Notes: generated from the sequence alone by a model not told the origin. 64,000 nucleotides of DNA from an uncultured delta proteobacterium (GCA_963848295.1 CAWKDB010000010.1:2112001-2176000); one strand, 5' to 3'. Counted from the first letter of the stretch, positions 1 to 12,081 are shown. Made by a program: numbers and translations.

Positions 1-846
1 CCGAGCCCGGGTGGAGCGCTCGCGGGCCCGGCGGGTCTGATCATGCCGGGCGCGCCGCCGGATCTGCCGCCGTCCGAGGCGATGACCGTGCCGTTGCTCA
101 AGCCGTCGTCGCCCTCGTTGCCAGCGCCGAATCGCGCCAGTCCGCCGCCCCGGCCTTCGTCGCCGCGTCCGACGATCGCGGGGCCCGCGGTGGCGCCCGA
201 GCCGCCGACCGAGCGCGGCTCGACCGATGCCGATCAGCTGGCGGAGCAGTTCGCCGACGATGGCACCTCGCCGACGATCGAGCCACCGCCGCCGGTCGAC
301 GCGACGACGCCGGCCGACGATCCGACGATCCCGCCGCCCGACGCGGTGGATCCCGGCTCGACCAGCGACGACGCGACGCTGCAAGTCGATCGCGTGTCGG
401 CACCGCAGCTGGCACCGACCGCACCGCCGGCCGCGCCGACGACGATGCCGATGCCCTCGGTGCCGATGCCCGGCCGTACGGGCAAGCCGAGCGTGCCCCC
501 GCCGAACATCCCCGGGTTCGCCGGCATCCCGCACATTCCAATGCCTCGCCCCGCGAACCCGGCGCTCGCTGCCGCGATGGCGGCGCCGATGGGTCCGCCA
601 CGGCCGGCGGCGAAACCCGCCGAGCCGGCACTTCCGCCGATCGCGCCACCGCCTGCCGAGCCACCGAAGCGAGCATCGACTCCAGCGGTTCCGATCTCGA
701 CCGCATCGCCGGACTTGCCGCCGCCGTCCGAGGACGAATTCGCGGCGACCGGCGCCGCTCCCGCATGTCCGCAATGTGAATCGCCGATGTCGTGGGTCGA
801 CGAGCACCTGCGGTTCTACTGCAAGAGCTGCCGGATGTACTTCTGA
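1..846 (+). CDS. 5'-truncated Pro/Ala-rich protein with C-terminal Zn-ribbon
   Basis: Frame is open from base 1; low-complexity P/A linker ends in CPQC-x14-CKSC. Confidence 0.75.
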   Translation, partial: PSPGGALAGPAGLIMPGAPPDLPPSEAMTVPLLKPSSPSLPAPNRASPPPRPSSPRPTIAGPAVAPEPPTERGSTDADQLAEQFADDGTSPTIEPPPPVDATTPADDPTIPPPDAVDPGSTSDDATLQVDRVSAPQLAPTAPPAAPTTMPMPSVPMPGRTGKPSVPPPNIPGFAGIPHIPMPRPANPALAAAMAAPMGPPRPAAKPAEPALPPIAPPPAEPPKRASTPAVPISTASPDLPPPSEDEFAATGAAPACPQCESPMSWVDEHLRFYCKSCRMYF

Positions 847-865
847 TCCCCGGTAGGATGCCGGC

Positions 866-1564
866 ATGGCGACGCTGCTGTTGATCCGCCACGGCCAGGC
901 GTCGTACGGCCAAGCGGACTACGATCGGCTGTCGCCGCAGGGCGAGGACCAAGCGCGCGCGCTCGGCCGTTACCTCGCCGATGCCAAGGTCGACGCGCTC
1001 TACGCCGGGCCGCTGCGCCGGCAAGCGCAGACCGCGGCGTTCGCGCGCGAGGCGGCGGGTGGATCGCTGCCCGAGCCGATCACGTTGCCCGAGCTGAGCG
1101 AGTATCCCGCGTTCGAGATGCTGCAGCACTTCGTGCCGAGGTTGATCGCGGAGGATGCAGAGCTCGCGGCGATCACGTCGGCGCCGACGCCCCGGCTGCT
1201 CGATCGCGCGTTCCACATGATCCTCGCGAAGTGGTCGCGCGACGAGTGGGCGTTCGATGGCGTCGAGCGCGTCGACAGCTTCGTCGCCCGCGTGCGCGCC
1301 GGCCTCGATCGCGTGTTGCGCGCGGCGAGCTCGGGGGCGCGGATCGCGGCGGTCACTTCGGCCGGGCCGATCGGCGTCGCGGTCGGTCTGACGTTCGGGA
1401 TCCCGGCCGAGCGCATGGTGAGGACGAGCATCGTGATCCGCAACGCGTCGATCACCGAGCTTCGCTTCCGCAGCGAAGGGTTCGATTGGCAGCCCGATCA
1501 ACTGTCGCTCGTCACGTTCAACCAGACCTCGCACTTGCCGGCCACGCTGCAGACGGAGAGATGA
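866..1564 (+). CDS. Histidine phosphatase (phosphoglycerate mutase-like) family protein
   Basis: N-terminal LIRHGQ motif; SGPLxR-like AGPLRR; NASIT near the C-terminus. Confidence 0.9.
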   Translation: MATLLLIRHGQASYGQADYDRLSPQGEDQARALGRYLADAKVDALYAGPLRRQAQTAAFAREAAGGSLPEPITLPELSEYPAFEMLQHFVPRLIAEDAELAAITSAPTPRLLDRAFHMILAKWSRDEWAFDGVERVDSFVARVRAGLDRVLRAASSGARIAAVTSAGPIGVAVGLTFGIPAERMVRTSIVIRNASITELRFRSEGFDWQPDQLSLVTFNQTSHLPATLQTER

Positions 1565-1565
1565 C

Positions 1566-2762
1566 ATGGACTTCGATCCACCCGCCGCCGTACGTCCGCT
1601 GCTCGAACGCATCGAGCGGTTCGTCGCCGATCACTTGCTGCCGGTCGAGCACGAGGTGTTCGAGCGCGGCTTCACCGCATCGGGCGTGCAGCTCGGCGAG
1701 CTGCGCGCGCGCGTCAAAGCCGAGGGGATGTGGGGCCCACAGATCCCGAGAGACATCGGCGGCCTCGGGCTCGGGCTGGTCGAGCACGGCTTGGTGTCGG
1801 AGCGACTCGGGCGATCGCCGCTCGGTCACTTCGTGTTCGGCGCGCAGGCTCCGGATGCCGGCAACCTCGAGATCCTCCACAAGTACGGCACGCCCGAGCA
1901 AAAGGCGCGCTGGCTCGTGCCGCTCGCGGCCGGCGAACTCCGCTCGTGCTTCGCGATGACCGAGCCGGAGAATCCCGGCTCGAACCCGACGCTGCTGTCG
2001 TGCAGCGCGCGACTCGACGGCGATCACTACGTGATCGACGGTCACAAGTGGTTCACGTCGAGCGCCGATGGCGCGGCGTTCGCGATCGTGATGGCGGTGA
2101 CCGAGCCGACCGCGGCGGCGCACAGTCGCGCGTCGATGATCATCGTGCCGACCGATGCGCCGGGCTACGAGCGCGTGCGCAACATCAAGATCATGGGCGA
2201 TGCCGGCGACGGCTGGGCGAGCCACTCCGAGCTGCGGCTGCGCGGCGTGCGCGTGCCGGTCGGCAATCGACTCGGCGCATCGGGCGCGGGCTTCCTGATC
2301 GCCCAAGAGCGGCTCGGCCCGGGGCGGATCCATCACTGCATGCGCTGGATCGGCATCTGCGAGCGCGTATTCGACACGATGTGCCGCCACATCTCGCGCC
2401 GCAAGATCGACGAAGACGGCAAGACGCTCGCGACCCGCCAGATCGCGCAGGAATGGGTCGCCGAAGCGCGCGCCGAGATCGATGCGGCGCGCTTGATGGT
2501 GCTCCACGCGGCGTGGACGATCGAGAACAAGGGCTTCTCGGTCGCGCGCGACCAAGTGTCGCTGATCAAGTTCTATGTCTCGGACATCATGCTGCGGCTG
2601 GTCGATCGCGCGATCCAGCTGCACGGCGCGCTCGGCGTGACGAGCGATACGATCCTCGCGCATTACTACGTGCACGAGCGCGGCGCGCGGATCTACGACG
2701 GCCCCGACGAGGTCCACAAGATGGTCGTCGCGAAGCGCATCCTCGCGAGGTATGCGCCTTGA
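1566..2762 (+). CDS. Acyl-CoA dehydrogenase (ACAD10/11-like clade)
   Basis: [45 protein letters not shown] and [10 protein letters not shown] motifs. Confidence 0.95.
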   Translation: MDFDPPAAVRPLLERIERFVADHLLPVEHEVFERGFTASGVQLGELRARVKAEGMWGPQIPRDIGGLGLGLVEHGLVSERLGRSPLGHFVFGAQAPDAGNLEILHKYGTPEQKARWLVPLAAGELRSCFAMTEPENPGSNPTLLSCSARLDGDHYVIDGHKWFTSSADGAAFAIVMAVTEPTAAAHSRASMIIVPTDAPGYERVRNIKIMGDAGDGWASHSELRLRGVRVPVGNRLGASGAGFLIAQERLGPGRIHHCMRWIGICERVFDTMCRHISRRKIDEDGKTLATRQIAQEWVAEARAEIDAARLMVLHAAWTIENKGFSVARDQVSLIKFYVSDIMLRLVDRAIQLHGALGVTSDTILAHYYVHERGARIYDGPDEVHKMVVAKRILARYAP

Positions 2763-3829
2763 TCGAAGACCGGCCGAAGCCGGTTCGCGCCGGCGAGGAG
2801 CTCGACGTCGCCGCGCTCACTGCGTTCGTCGACCGCGAGCTCGGCGCGCACGGCGCGGTGACGGTCGAGCAATTCCCGGGCGGCCACTCGAACCTGACGT
2901 ACCTCGTGCATCACGGCGACCGCGAGTACGTGCTGCGCCGGCCGCCGTTCGGCTCGAAGGTGAAATCGGCGCACGACATGGGCCGCGAGGTCGCGGTGCT
3001 GTCGAAGCTCGCCCCGGTCTACGCGCGCGCGCCGCACGTGCTCGCGAACGAGCCGACCGGCGACGTGCTCGGTGCACCGTTCTATCTGATGGAGCGTCGC
3101 CGCGGCGTGATCTTGCGGCGCGACTTGCCGGCCGAGCTCGTCGCCGACCCCGGGGCGTTGCGCCGGCTGTGCGAGCTGCTCGTCGATGCGCTCGTCGAGC
3201 TCCACGCGGTCGATTTCCGCGCGGCCGGGCTCGGCGACGTCGGCAAGCCCGAAGGCTATGTCGTGCGCCAGGTCCACGGTTGGAGCGAGCGCTACGTCGG
3301 CTCGCAGACCGATGACATTGCCGCGATGACCGAGGTCGCCGCGTGGCTACCGGCGCATCGACCGTACGAGGGCGCACCGTCGCTGATTCACAACGACTTC
3401 AAGTTCGACAACCTGATCTTCGATCCCGGGCTCGAACGGATCACCGGCGTGCTCGACTGGGAGATGACGACGATCGGCGACCCGTTGATGGATCTCGGCA
3501 CGTCGCTGTCGTACTGGGCGCAGCACGATGACGCGGCGCCGGTGCGCCAGTTGCCGTTCGGGCCAACCGCGACGCCGGGCATGATGGCGCGCACCGAGCT
3601 CGCGGCGCGCTACCTCGAACGATCGGGTCGGCGGACCACCGACCTCGTGTTCTACTACGCGTTCGGTCTGTTCAAGACCGCGGTGATCGCGCAGCAGATC
3701 TACTATCGATTTGCGAAGGGCCTGACGAAGGACGCGCGGTTCGCCGCGTTCATCTTCGCGGTCCGCGTGCTCGCCGAGCAGGCCCGCAGCGCGATCGAGC
3801 GCGGGTCGATCGCGCCGGCGCTTGACTAA
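2759..3829 (+). CDS. APH/choline kinase-like phosphotransferase family protein
   Basis: [36 protein letters not shown] and GDPLMDLG motifs; TTG start overlaps the upstream TGA. Confidence 0.9.
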   Translation: MIEDRPKPVRAGEELDVAALTAFVDRELGAHGAVTVEQFPGGHSNLTYLVHHGDREYVLRRPPFGSKVKSAHDMGREVAVLSKLAPVYARAPHVLANEPTGDVLGAPFYLMERRRGVILRRDLPAELVADPGALRRLCELLVDALVELHAVDFRAAGLGDVGKPEGYVVRQVHGWSERYVGSQTDDIAAMTEVAAWLPAHRPYEGAPSLIHNDFKFDNLIFDPGLERITGVLDWEMTTIGDPLMDLGTSLSYWAQHDDAAPVRQLPFGPTATPGMMARTELAARYLERSGRRTTDLVFYYAFGLFKTAVIAQQIYYRFAKGLTKDARFAAFIFAVRVLAEQARSAIERGSIAPALD

Positions 3830-4335
3830 AGCTGCTCGAGGATCCTCAGCGTTAGCGTCCCGACGTTGTCGGCGTAGTCGCCGTCGTGGAGGTTCGCCGA
3901 CAGGGTCGAGTCGAGGCCGGTGAACGCGATCTCGTAGACGTGCGAGGTGGTGTACGCGCCCCAGCGCGTGACCTTGTCGCCGACCGTCGGGTGGTCGATC
4001 GAGATCCCGTAGTCGAGCCCGTTGAGGTCGTTGTTGTCGGCGGGATTCGTGAAGTCGTGATACTCGGCGTCGCCGAGTTGATCGCCGACGCCGCCGCAGG
4101 TGATCGTCCCGGACGCGTTGACTCGGTAGACGCCAGCGCTCGACAGCACCGAGGTCGACGTCACCGATGATCCATCGCTCGGCACGGCGATCGTCTCGAT
4201 CACGATGAAGCCGAGATCCGAGTCGAAACCCGGCGGCGGCGCGTCACTCGGGCCGGCAACCATCACGGGCCGAAAGTCGAGCCGCCCGCAAGCGCCTACC
4301 GCGACCGCGATCGCCACCGACCCGATGCTCCGCAT
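3826..4335 (-). CDS. Hypothetical lipoprotein with CGRLDF N-terminus and beta-rich C-terminal domain
   Basis: Signal peptide with lipobox VGAC; TAGACT box 6 nt upstream of ATG. Confidence 0.75.
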   Translation of the reverse strand: MRSIGSVAIAVAVGACGRLDFRPVMVAGPSDAPPPGFDSDLGFIVIETIAVPSDGSSVTSTSVLSSAGVYRVNASGTITCGGVGDQLGDAEYHDFTNPADNNDLNGLDYGISIDHPTVGDKVTRWGAYTTSHVYEIAFTGLDSTLSANLHDGDYADNVGTLTLRILEQL

Positions 4336-4407
4336 CCCCCCAGTCTAACCGGCTCGCAGCGCCGAAGTGAGTCTTCGGACCTTCACGATGACAGGCGCGA
4401 GCTCCCT

Positions 4408-4765
4408 GTGCGTGAAGCCAAGAAGATCGAAGCTCTCGGTGTCCACGTCCTTCGGGGTGTCGTTGTGATGCGGCCGGACAAACCTCACCAGCCGCGTCTT
4501 CGTTGGGATGGAGCTTCAGTCCGTATTTGCCGAATCGTTTCGGCAGTACGTCCATCACCCTGCGAGCGTCATCCTCCGACGAGAATACGAGGACAGCGTC
4601 GTCCGCGTACCGGATGAGAAACGCATAGCCTTGCAGCCTAGGCTTCACGTCCGTCTCGAACCACGTGTCGAGCACCTCGTGTAAATAGGTTGAAACGCTG
4701 CAAGGTTCGATCGAGAGGTTTCAGTTATCCATCCGTTCTCCTCTCCCAGGCTTCGCCTGGCGCAC
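4408..4765 (-). mobile_element. Group II intron remnant: 5' end fused to a partial, frameshifted RT/maturase ORF
   Basis: Minus strand starts GTGCGCCAGG at 4765. About 75 nt later it reads YLHEVLDTWFE...RYADDAVLVF...GLKLHP, then after a +1 shift KTRLVRF...FDLLGFTH. No domain V/VI seen. Confidence 0.85.
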
Positions 4766-4770
4766 ATGCC

Positions 4771-4831
4771 GCTCAGATAAGTGCGTTGACCTTGACCTCG
4801 ACATTCAGGTCAAGGTCAACGTTATCTGAGC
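4771..4831. terminator. Long hairpin between the PadR gene end and the intron 5' end
   Basis: Arms GCTCAGATAA-(GTG bulge)-CGTTGACCTTGACCT and AGGTCAAGGTCAACG-TTATCTGAGC. No clear U-tract. Confidence 0.55.
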
Positions 4832-4841
4832 GACATTGGTG

Positions 4842-5522
4842 CTAGTCCTCGTCGAGGTCGCCGCCGTCGCTTGCGAGCAAGCCGTACAGCTTGCGGCGAA
4901 GCTCGACGAGCAGCTTGCGAGCTTCGGCGATCTGCGCCGGTGTGCCCGCGCGCATGATCTGGCCGAGCGCAGCACCGAGGTGCATGAGCTCGGCGCGCGG
5001 ATCGTCGCCGGCTTCGGGCGTTTCGGGCCACGCGGTCTCGAGCTCGTCGCGATGCTTGCCGACGTAGGTCTTGCCGCGCTCGGTCAGCTTGAACACGCGA
5101 CCGGTGGCGCCCTGCTCGGCTTTGCCGGCGTCGTCGACCAAGCCCTCGTCTTCGAGCTGCTGCAGCGTCGGATAGACCGAGCCCGAGCTCGGACGCCACG
5201 TCCCACCGGTGCGCTGCGCCAGCTCCTGCATGATCTGGTAGCCGTTGAGCGGCTTGTCGGCGAGCACGAGCAAGATCGCACCGCGGACGTCGCCGCGACG
5301 TGCGCGATGACCGCGTCCGAACCACTGCGCCCACGGAGGTGCGCCCGGCGGTCCGCTACCAGGGCCCCAGCCGCCGGGGCCACCGAAACCGGGGCCGCCG
5401 AAACCGGGTGGAGGGCCGCCGCGATGGCGACCGTGTCGCCCGCGGGCCGCGGCCCAAAAGTTGTTGTTGTCTGCGTGCTCGTCGCGAGCAGCGCGGAGGA
5501 TCTCTCTGTCGAATCGTCTCAT
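4842..5522 (-). CDS. PadR family transcriptional regulator with Gly/Pro-rich N-terminus
   Basis: RRGDVRGAILLVL...NGYQIMQEL...WRPSSGSVYPTLQQLEDEGLV...LTERG. Confidence 0.92.
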   Translation of the reverse strand: MRRFDREILRAARDEHADNNNFWAAARGRHGRHRGGPPPGFGGPGFGGPGGWGPGSGPPGAPPWAQWFGRGHRARRGDVRGAILLVLADKPLNGYQIMQELAQRTGGTWRPSSGSVYPTLQQLEDEGLVDDAGKAEQGATGRVFKLTERGKTYVGKHRDELETAWPETPEAGDDPRAELMHLGAALGQIMRAGTPAQIAEARKLLVELRRKLYGLLASDGGDLDED

Positions 5523-5577
5523 GGTGTTGTTTTGGATTTCTCCTGAGCGTCATAGTGCCATCATCTCGCGACATGTC

Positions 5578-5591
5578 AACGATATATCGTT
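5578..5591. promoter_or_regulatory. Perfect 14-bp palindrome AACGATATATCGTT, candidate PadR autoregulatory operator
   Basis: AT-rich perfect palindrome ~55 nt upstream of the PadR start. Confidence 0.6.
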
Positions 5592-5633
5592 ATCTATCGC
5601 GTAATAGCGCGTAAGGACTCGGAACCGATCCCG

Positions 5634-6881
5634 CTACTTGATCTCGACGTGCCAGGCGCCGTGCGCGACGTCTTCGCGGACTTCGACTCGCGGGTCCTGG
5701 TCGCGGAACAACAGCACCGGCTTGCCGTCCTCGTCGATCTCGTTCGGCTCGCCCCACTTGTGCTTGAACAGCTCGAGCAGCGTGTCGCGCGCCTCGGGGT
5801 GTGCCTTCCAGCCGATCGCGAACGTGAGCTCGTGGACCTTGCCGCCGGCGATGCCGAGCGTGATCTTCGTGCTGAACCGGTCCCATTCGGTCGGTGGTAG
5901 CGACAACACGAGGTCCTTGCCGACCTGCGCCACGTCATCCTTGTAGATGTGCTTGACCTCGTCGACCGTCTTGCCGAGCACCGGCTCGCGCAGACCGTCG
6001 AGCGAGTCGGGTTGGTCACCGAACAGCTGCGACGCCGGCAGGTAGTTGTCGAACGCGAGGTCATGATCGTCGCCGAGCGCAGCGCGCAGCGTCGCTCGCC
6101 AACCGGTCTCCGGGTCCGGCCACACCATCACGGCCTTGCCGACCGGCTCGGTCGCGGGCGTGCCCGGACCCCACGCCTCGGTCACGATGTCTTCGATGTG
6201 CGGCGGTAAGTTGACGTAGATCGATCGCACCGTGCCGAGCTTGTCGTCGAACTGCACGAACGACCGGATGCCAGCGACGCCGGTCGGCACTCCGGCCGGC
6301 ACCGAGACCGGACCGGGCGCGGCGACCTTCGCGTCGGCGAGCTTCATGCCGATGCGCAGCTTCGAGAGCTCGCCCGGCGGCACGACGTGCGCGCCGAAGA
6401 ACTCCTTGCTGATCGCGTGGTGCGGCGTGAACTCGAGCGAGCAATTGCGCTCGAGGCAATCGAGCCGCGCGCGCCAGCCGGTGACATCGCTGGTCCAGGT
6501 CGTTTCGGGTTGGCCGAGCGCGTCGTGCGTCATCGACGGCTCGCCCCACGCCTTGGTCAACAGCTCGCGACTGTTCGGGCCCGTGATCGTCGCGACGATG
6601 CCAGACACCGCACCGCCGTCGACGTGGACCGCGAGCCGGACGTCGCGGACGTCGGAGTCGAGGACCATCTCGTCGCGCACGCCGGCGCGGTCGGTGTCGT
6701 GGAGCTGCGGCACGAGTCGCTTCGCTTCGGCGACGGTCATCCCGGGGTGAATCTTCGCGAGACCGCGCGGCGGCTCGATCGCGGGACCGAAAAACGCCGT
6801 CGTCGCCGCGGGCGCGGATTCGCACGCTCCGCACGCCGCACCGGCGATGGCGATCACGAACGCTGCAGCTCCGAGTCTCAC
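5634..6881 (-). CDS. Hypothetical secreted protein or lipoprotein with three internal repeats
   Basis: Signal peptide with Cys; recurring GM/GK-T-V-x-E-A/V-K and WG(E/P)P motifs. Confidence 0.75.
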   Translation of the reverse strand: MRLGAAAFVIAIAGAACGACESAPAATTAFFGPAIEPPRGLAKIHPGMTVAEAKRLVPQLHDTDRAGVRDEMVLDSDVRDVRLAVHVDGGAVSGIVATITGPNSRELLTKAWGEPSMTHDALGQPETTWTSDVTGWRARLDCLERNCSLEFTPHHAISKEFFGAHVVPPGELSKLRIGMKLADAKVAAPGPVSVPAGVPTGVAGIRSFVQFDDKLGTVRSIYVNLPPHIEDIVTEAWGPGTPATEPVGKAVMVWPDPETGWRATLRAALGDDHDLAFDNYLPASQLFGDQPDSLDGLREPVLGKTVDEVKHIYKDDVAQVGKDLVLSLPPTEWDRFSTKITLGIAGGKVHELTFAIGWKAHPEARDTLLELFKHKWGEPNEIDEDGKPVLLFRDQDPRVEVREDVAHGAWHVEIK

Positions 6882-6911
6882 CCTCCCATTTCTGCACTGG
6901 CTCGGTTCGTT

Positions 6912-8336
6912 TCACAAGTGCGTGCGCACGACGTCGCCGACGATCGTCAGGGCACGACGCATCACGTCCTCGGCGAGGTACGCATAGGCAACGCGAAAAC
7001 CATGCAAGTGCGGCTTGCCAAGGAATGCCGCGCTGCGGTTCGAGACGTGGATGCCGCGCCGCGCGAGGTCGGCTTCGAGCCTGGCGAGCTCGATCGACCC
7101 CGGCAGCTCGAGCCACAGCGTCGGACCGCCACCCGGCCGCGTCCACCGCACACCGTCCGGCATCAGCTCGTCGAGCGCTTGCAAGCACGCGGCGTAGCGA
7201 CCGTCGAGCGCGCGCTGCAACGTCTGGAGGTGCGTGTCGTAGTAGCCGCGCTCGAGAAACTCGGCGACGACTGCCTCGGTCAGCCAAGCGTTGCCGAGCG
7301 TCGACAACCGCTTCATCGCGACGAGCGTCGGTACGAGCTTCGGCGCCGCGGCGACGAACCCGATCCGCAGCGACGGCAGCAGCTTCTTCGTGAACGAGTT
7401 GACGTAGAGCACGTCCTTGCCGCCGAGCATCCGCAACATCGGCCGATATTCGCCGTCCGACAGCATGTCGGAGCCCCAATCGTCCTCGAGGATCGCGACG
7501 CCATGGCGGCGACACAGGTCGAGCACGCCGTGCAGCTCGGCGCTCGTGTAGGAGTAGCCGGTCGGGTTTTGGAAGCTCGGGATCAAGTAGGCGAGCGCGG
7601 GCTTCTGCGCGAGCGCGCGATCCCAGGCGGCCAGATCGACGCCGCCGCCGAACGGATCGAGCGGCAGCCCGACGAGCTCGTGGCCCAGGCTGTGAAACAG
7701 CAACGACGCGTACGCATAGACCGGCGACTCGACCGCGATGCGCTTGTGCGCGAGCGAACGCGCGACGATGTCCAGCGACTGCTGTGACCCGGTCGTGATC
7801 ACGATCTCGTCAGCGGAGACGTCGAGACCGCGCCGCTCGAGCCGCGCCGCGATCGCTTCGCGCAAAGGGCGATAGCCCTGAGCTTCGTATTGCGCGGGCA
7901 TCCGCTCGCGCAGCACGGAGCGCGCGCACTCCGCGATCCGCTCGGTCGGCAGCAGGTCCGGATCGATGAACACCGTCGACAGCGCGATCATCCCATGCGG
8001 CGCGATCTCGGGCTGGCCGAGCGGCGGGGGTACGAGGATCGGGAGCGGCGGCGCGATGACCGTCGCCGGCGCGGCGATCCCACCGCGGGCGAGCACGAAC
8101 ACACCTTCGCGCGGGCGCGCCTCGAGCACCCCGCGTGCCACGAGCTCGTCGTAGGCGGCCTGGGCGGTGTTCTTCGATAACCCGAGCTGGCGCTCGAGCG
8201 CTCGCATCGGCGGCACTCGACTACCCGCCGGCAACGCGCCGCTCGCGACCTCGCGCAGCACGCTCGCGATGATATCGGCCGCGGTCGCACGCCGGCCCGG
8301 GGTCGTGACATGGAGGCCAATGTATGGAGCGCGCAT
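6912..8336 (-). CDS. GntR/MocR family regulator (wHTH plus PLP aminotransferase domain)
   Basis: R-x-L-x4-GLSKNT-x3-AY-x2-L-x3-G wHTH; TGSQQ, FQNPTG, ILEDD and SFTKKLLPSLRIG motifs. Confidence 0.93.
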   Translation of the reverse strand: MRAPYIGLHVTTPGRRATAADIIASVLREVASGALPAGSRVPPMRALERQLGLSKNTAQAAYDELVARGVLEARPREGVFVLARGGIAAPATVIAPPLPILVPPPLGQPEIAPHGMIALSTVFIDPDLLPTERIAECARSVLRERMPAQYEAQGYRPLREAIAARLERRGLDVSADEIVITTGSQQSLDIVARSLAHKRIAVESPVYAYASLLFHSLGHELVGLPLDPFGGGVDLAAWDRALAQKPALAYLIPSFQNPTGYSYTSAELHGVLDLCRRHGVAILEDDWGSDMLSDGEYRPMLRMLGGKDVLYVNSFTKKLLPSLRIGFVAAAPKLVPTLVAMKRLSTLGNAWLTEAVVAEFLERGYYDTHLQTLQRALDGRYAACLQALDELMPDGVRWTRPGGGPTLWLELPGSIELARLEADLARRGIHVSNRSAAFLGKPHLHGFRVAYAYLAEDVMRRALTIVGDVVRTHL

Positions 8337-8426
8337 CCGCCTGCTTCATAACGCCGTTGTGGCAGCGGTGCGAAGGGACAACGCCCCGGCGGCCGTAGGG
8401 ACAGCATGTTACCCTCGACGTGCGCG

Positions 8427-10004
8427 ATGACGACCGACGCGACCGCCGACTCGGCGCCGCCCGGGGAGTTGTTCTGCCCGGTGTGTGAAAAGACGTTTGC
8501 GTCGGGCGAACGCTGTCCGGACGACGGTTCGAAGCTATTTCGGCTCGCGATCGGCATCGATCCGCTGATCGGCCGCGAGCTCGACGGCAAGTTTACGATC
8601 CTCGAGAAGCTCGGCCAGGGCGGAATGGGCGCGGTCTATCGCGGCTCGCAGCACTCGGTCGGACGCGAGGTCGCGATCAAGGTCGTCAGCGGCAACGCGA
8701 TGAACGCCACCGATGCGATCAAGCGGTTCTCCCGCGAGGCCAGGCTCGCGAGCCGACTGTCGCACCCGAACGCGGTCGGAGTTCACGAGTTCGGCCAGAC
8801 CGATGACGGGATGTTTTACCTCGTCATGGAGCTGGTCAGCGGTCGCACGCTCGACCAGGTGTTCAAGGCCGAGGGCGTGCTCAAGCCGGAGCGCGTCGTC
8901 CGGATCGGCATGCAGGTGTGCGATGCGCTCGAAGGCGCGCATGGGTTGTCGATCGTGCACCGCGATCTCAAGCCGGCGAACATCATGTTGCTCGATCGCG
9001 GGCGCGATCTCGTCAAGGTGCTCGATTTCGGGCTCGCGAAGTCACTCGTCCACGACTCGAGGCTGACCACGATGACGAACGCCGGTGCGCTGCTCGGTAC
9101 CCCGGCGTTCATGCCGCCCGAGCTCGCGCGTGGCGAGCCGTGCGACGGCCGAGCCGATCTGTATTCGCTCGGCTGTGTGCTGTATCTGATCGGGTCTGGC
9201 CAGCTCCCGTTCGAGTCGACCTCGCCACACGAGCTGATCGCGATGCACGCCACCGACCCGGCCCCGCCGATGCCCGTCGTGCCGGCCGCGCTCGCGGCGG
9301 TGATTGGCAAGCTGCTCGCGAAGGAGCCGCGCGATCGTTACCAGAACGCGGTCGAGGTGCGCGAAGCACTCGAGGTGTCCGTCGTCAGCCGGATGACGCC
9401 GCAGCCGTGGGACGCCCAGTCGAGCCTCGCGCCGTCGTCGGCGCCGAGCAAGGCCGGGCTCGACCCGAGCAAGCGCGGGATCTCGACCCGAGCCGTGGGG
9501 ATGGACGACTCCGATGTCGTCGCCGCGAAGTCGTTGCCGGAGATCGACCGTGCGGTCGCGAGACGGCGCTGGCCTGTCATCGCGGTCGGCATCGCAGTGT
9601 TCGCGGGCATCGCGGTGGTTGCGATCACGCGACGCGGAGATCGCGGCGCGAGTCCCGACCAGCCGACGGCTCCCGCGGCCGTTCCGCCCGCGCCGGCCCC
9701 GCCTCCCGCTCCGACGCCAACGCCAGCTCCGACGCCAACGCCAGCTTCGACACCCGCATCGATCCCGAGCCCGCCGACCACCACGACGCCCGCTTCGATT
9801 CCAACGCCAACGCCGACCCCGACGCGGGCGCCGACCCCGAGGCCAGCGCCGACCCCGAGGCCAGTGTCGACCCCGCAGACCGTGCGGCACTATCCGCCGC
9901 GGCACCCGCCGAAGACGCCGACACCGACGCCGACGCCGACGCCGACCCCGAGCCCAGCGCCGACGGCCGGTTCTGGCTCCGGCAAGGTGACCACGCCGTT
10001 CTGA
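8427..10004 (+). CDS. Hanks-type Ser/Thr protein kinase (Zn-ribbon, kinase, TM, Pro/Thr-rich tail)
   Basis: LGQGGMG, VAIK, HRDLKPAN, DFG and GTPAFMPPE motifs; CPVC...CPDDG N-terminus; alternative start at 8406. Confidence 0.93.
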   Translation: MTTDATADSAPPGELFCPVCEKTFASGERCPDDGSKLFRLAIGIDPLIGRELDGKFTILEKLGQGGMGAVYRGSQHSVGREVAIKVVSGNAMNATDAIKRFSREARLASRLSHPNAVGVHEFGQTDDGMFYLVMELVSGRTLDQVFKAEGVLKPERVVRIGMQVCDALEGAHGLSIVHRDLKPANIMLLDRGRDLVKVLDFGLAKSLVHDSRLTTMTNAGALLGTPAFMPPELARGEPCDGRADLYSLGCVLYLIGSGQLPFESTSPHELIAMHATDPAPPMPVVPAALAAVIGKLLAKEPRDRYQNAVEVREALEVSVVSRMTPQPWDAQSSLAPSSAPSKAGLDPSKRGISTRAVGMDDSDVVAAKSLPEIDRAVARRRWPVIAVGIAVFAGIAVVAITRRGDRGASPDQPTAPAAVPPAPAPPPAPTPTPAPTPTPASTPASIPSPPTTTTPASIPTPTPTPTRAPTPRPAPTPRPVSTPQTVRHYPPRHPPKTPTPTPTPTPTPSPAPTAGSGSGKVTTPF

Positions 10005-10009
10005 ATTGG

Positions 10010-10050
10010 ACCGCGCCGCCATTCGGCGCTGCTCGCCGCCTTGGGCGAGC
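10010..10050. repeat. Double-hairpin REP-like element (degenerate copy)
   Basis: ACCGCGCCGCCATTCGGCGCTGCTCGCC...GGCGAGC; similar to 39863-39908 and 56715-56765. Confidence 0.5.
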
Positions 10051-10084
10051 TTGGACCGTCGGATGTAGTGGTACGGTTGCCCCC

Positions 10085-12070
<1,986 letters not shown>

Positions 12071-12081
12071 CTCGCGACACC

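Noticed and set aside
4244..4675. Functional RT (retron, DGR or defence RT)
   Set aside because: Only subdomains ~4-7 are present, they are frameshifted, and they follow a group II intron 5' end.
8918..10084. N-terminal extensions of ORF-track calls (e.g. 8918, 1730, 10264, 56552, 59913)
   Set aside because: They overlap real upstream genes in other frames and have Arg-rich shadow composition; downstream starts fit better.
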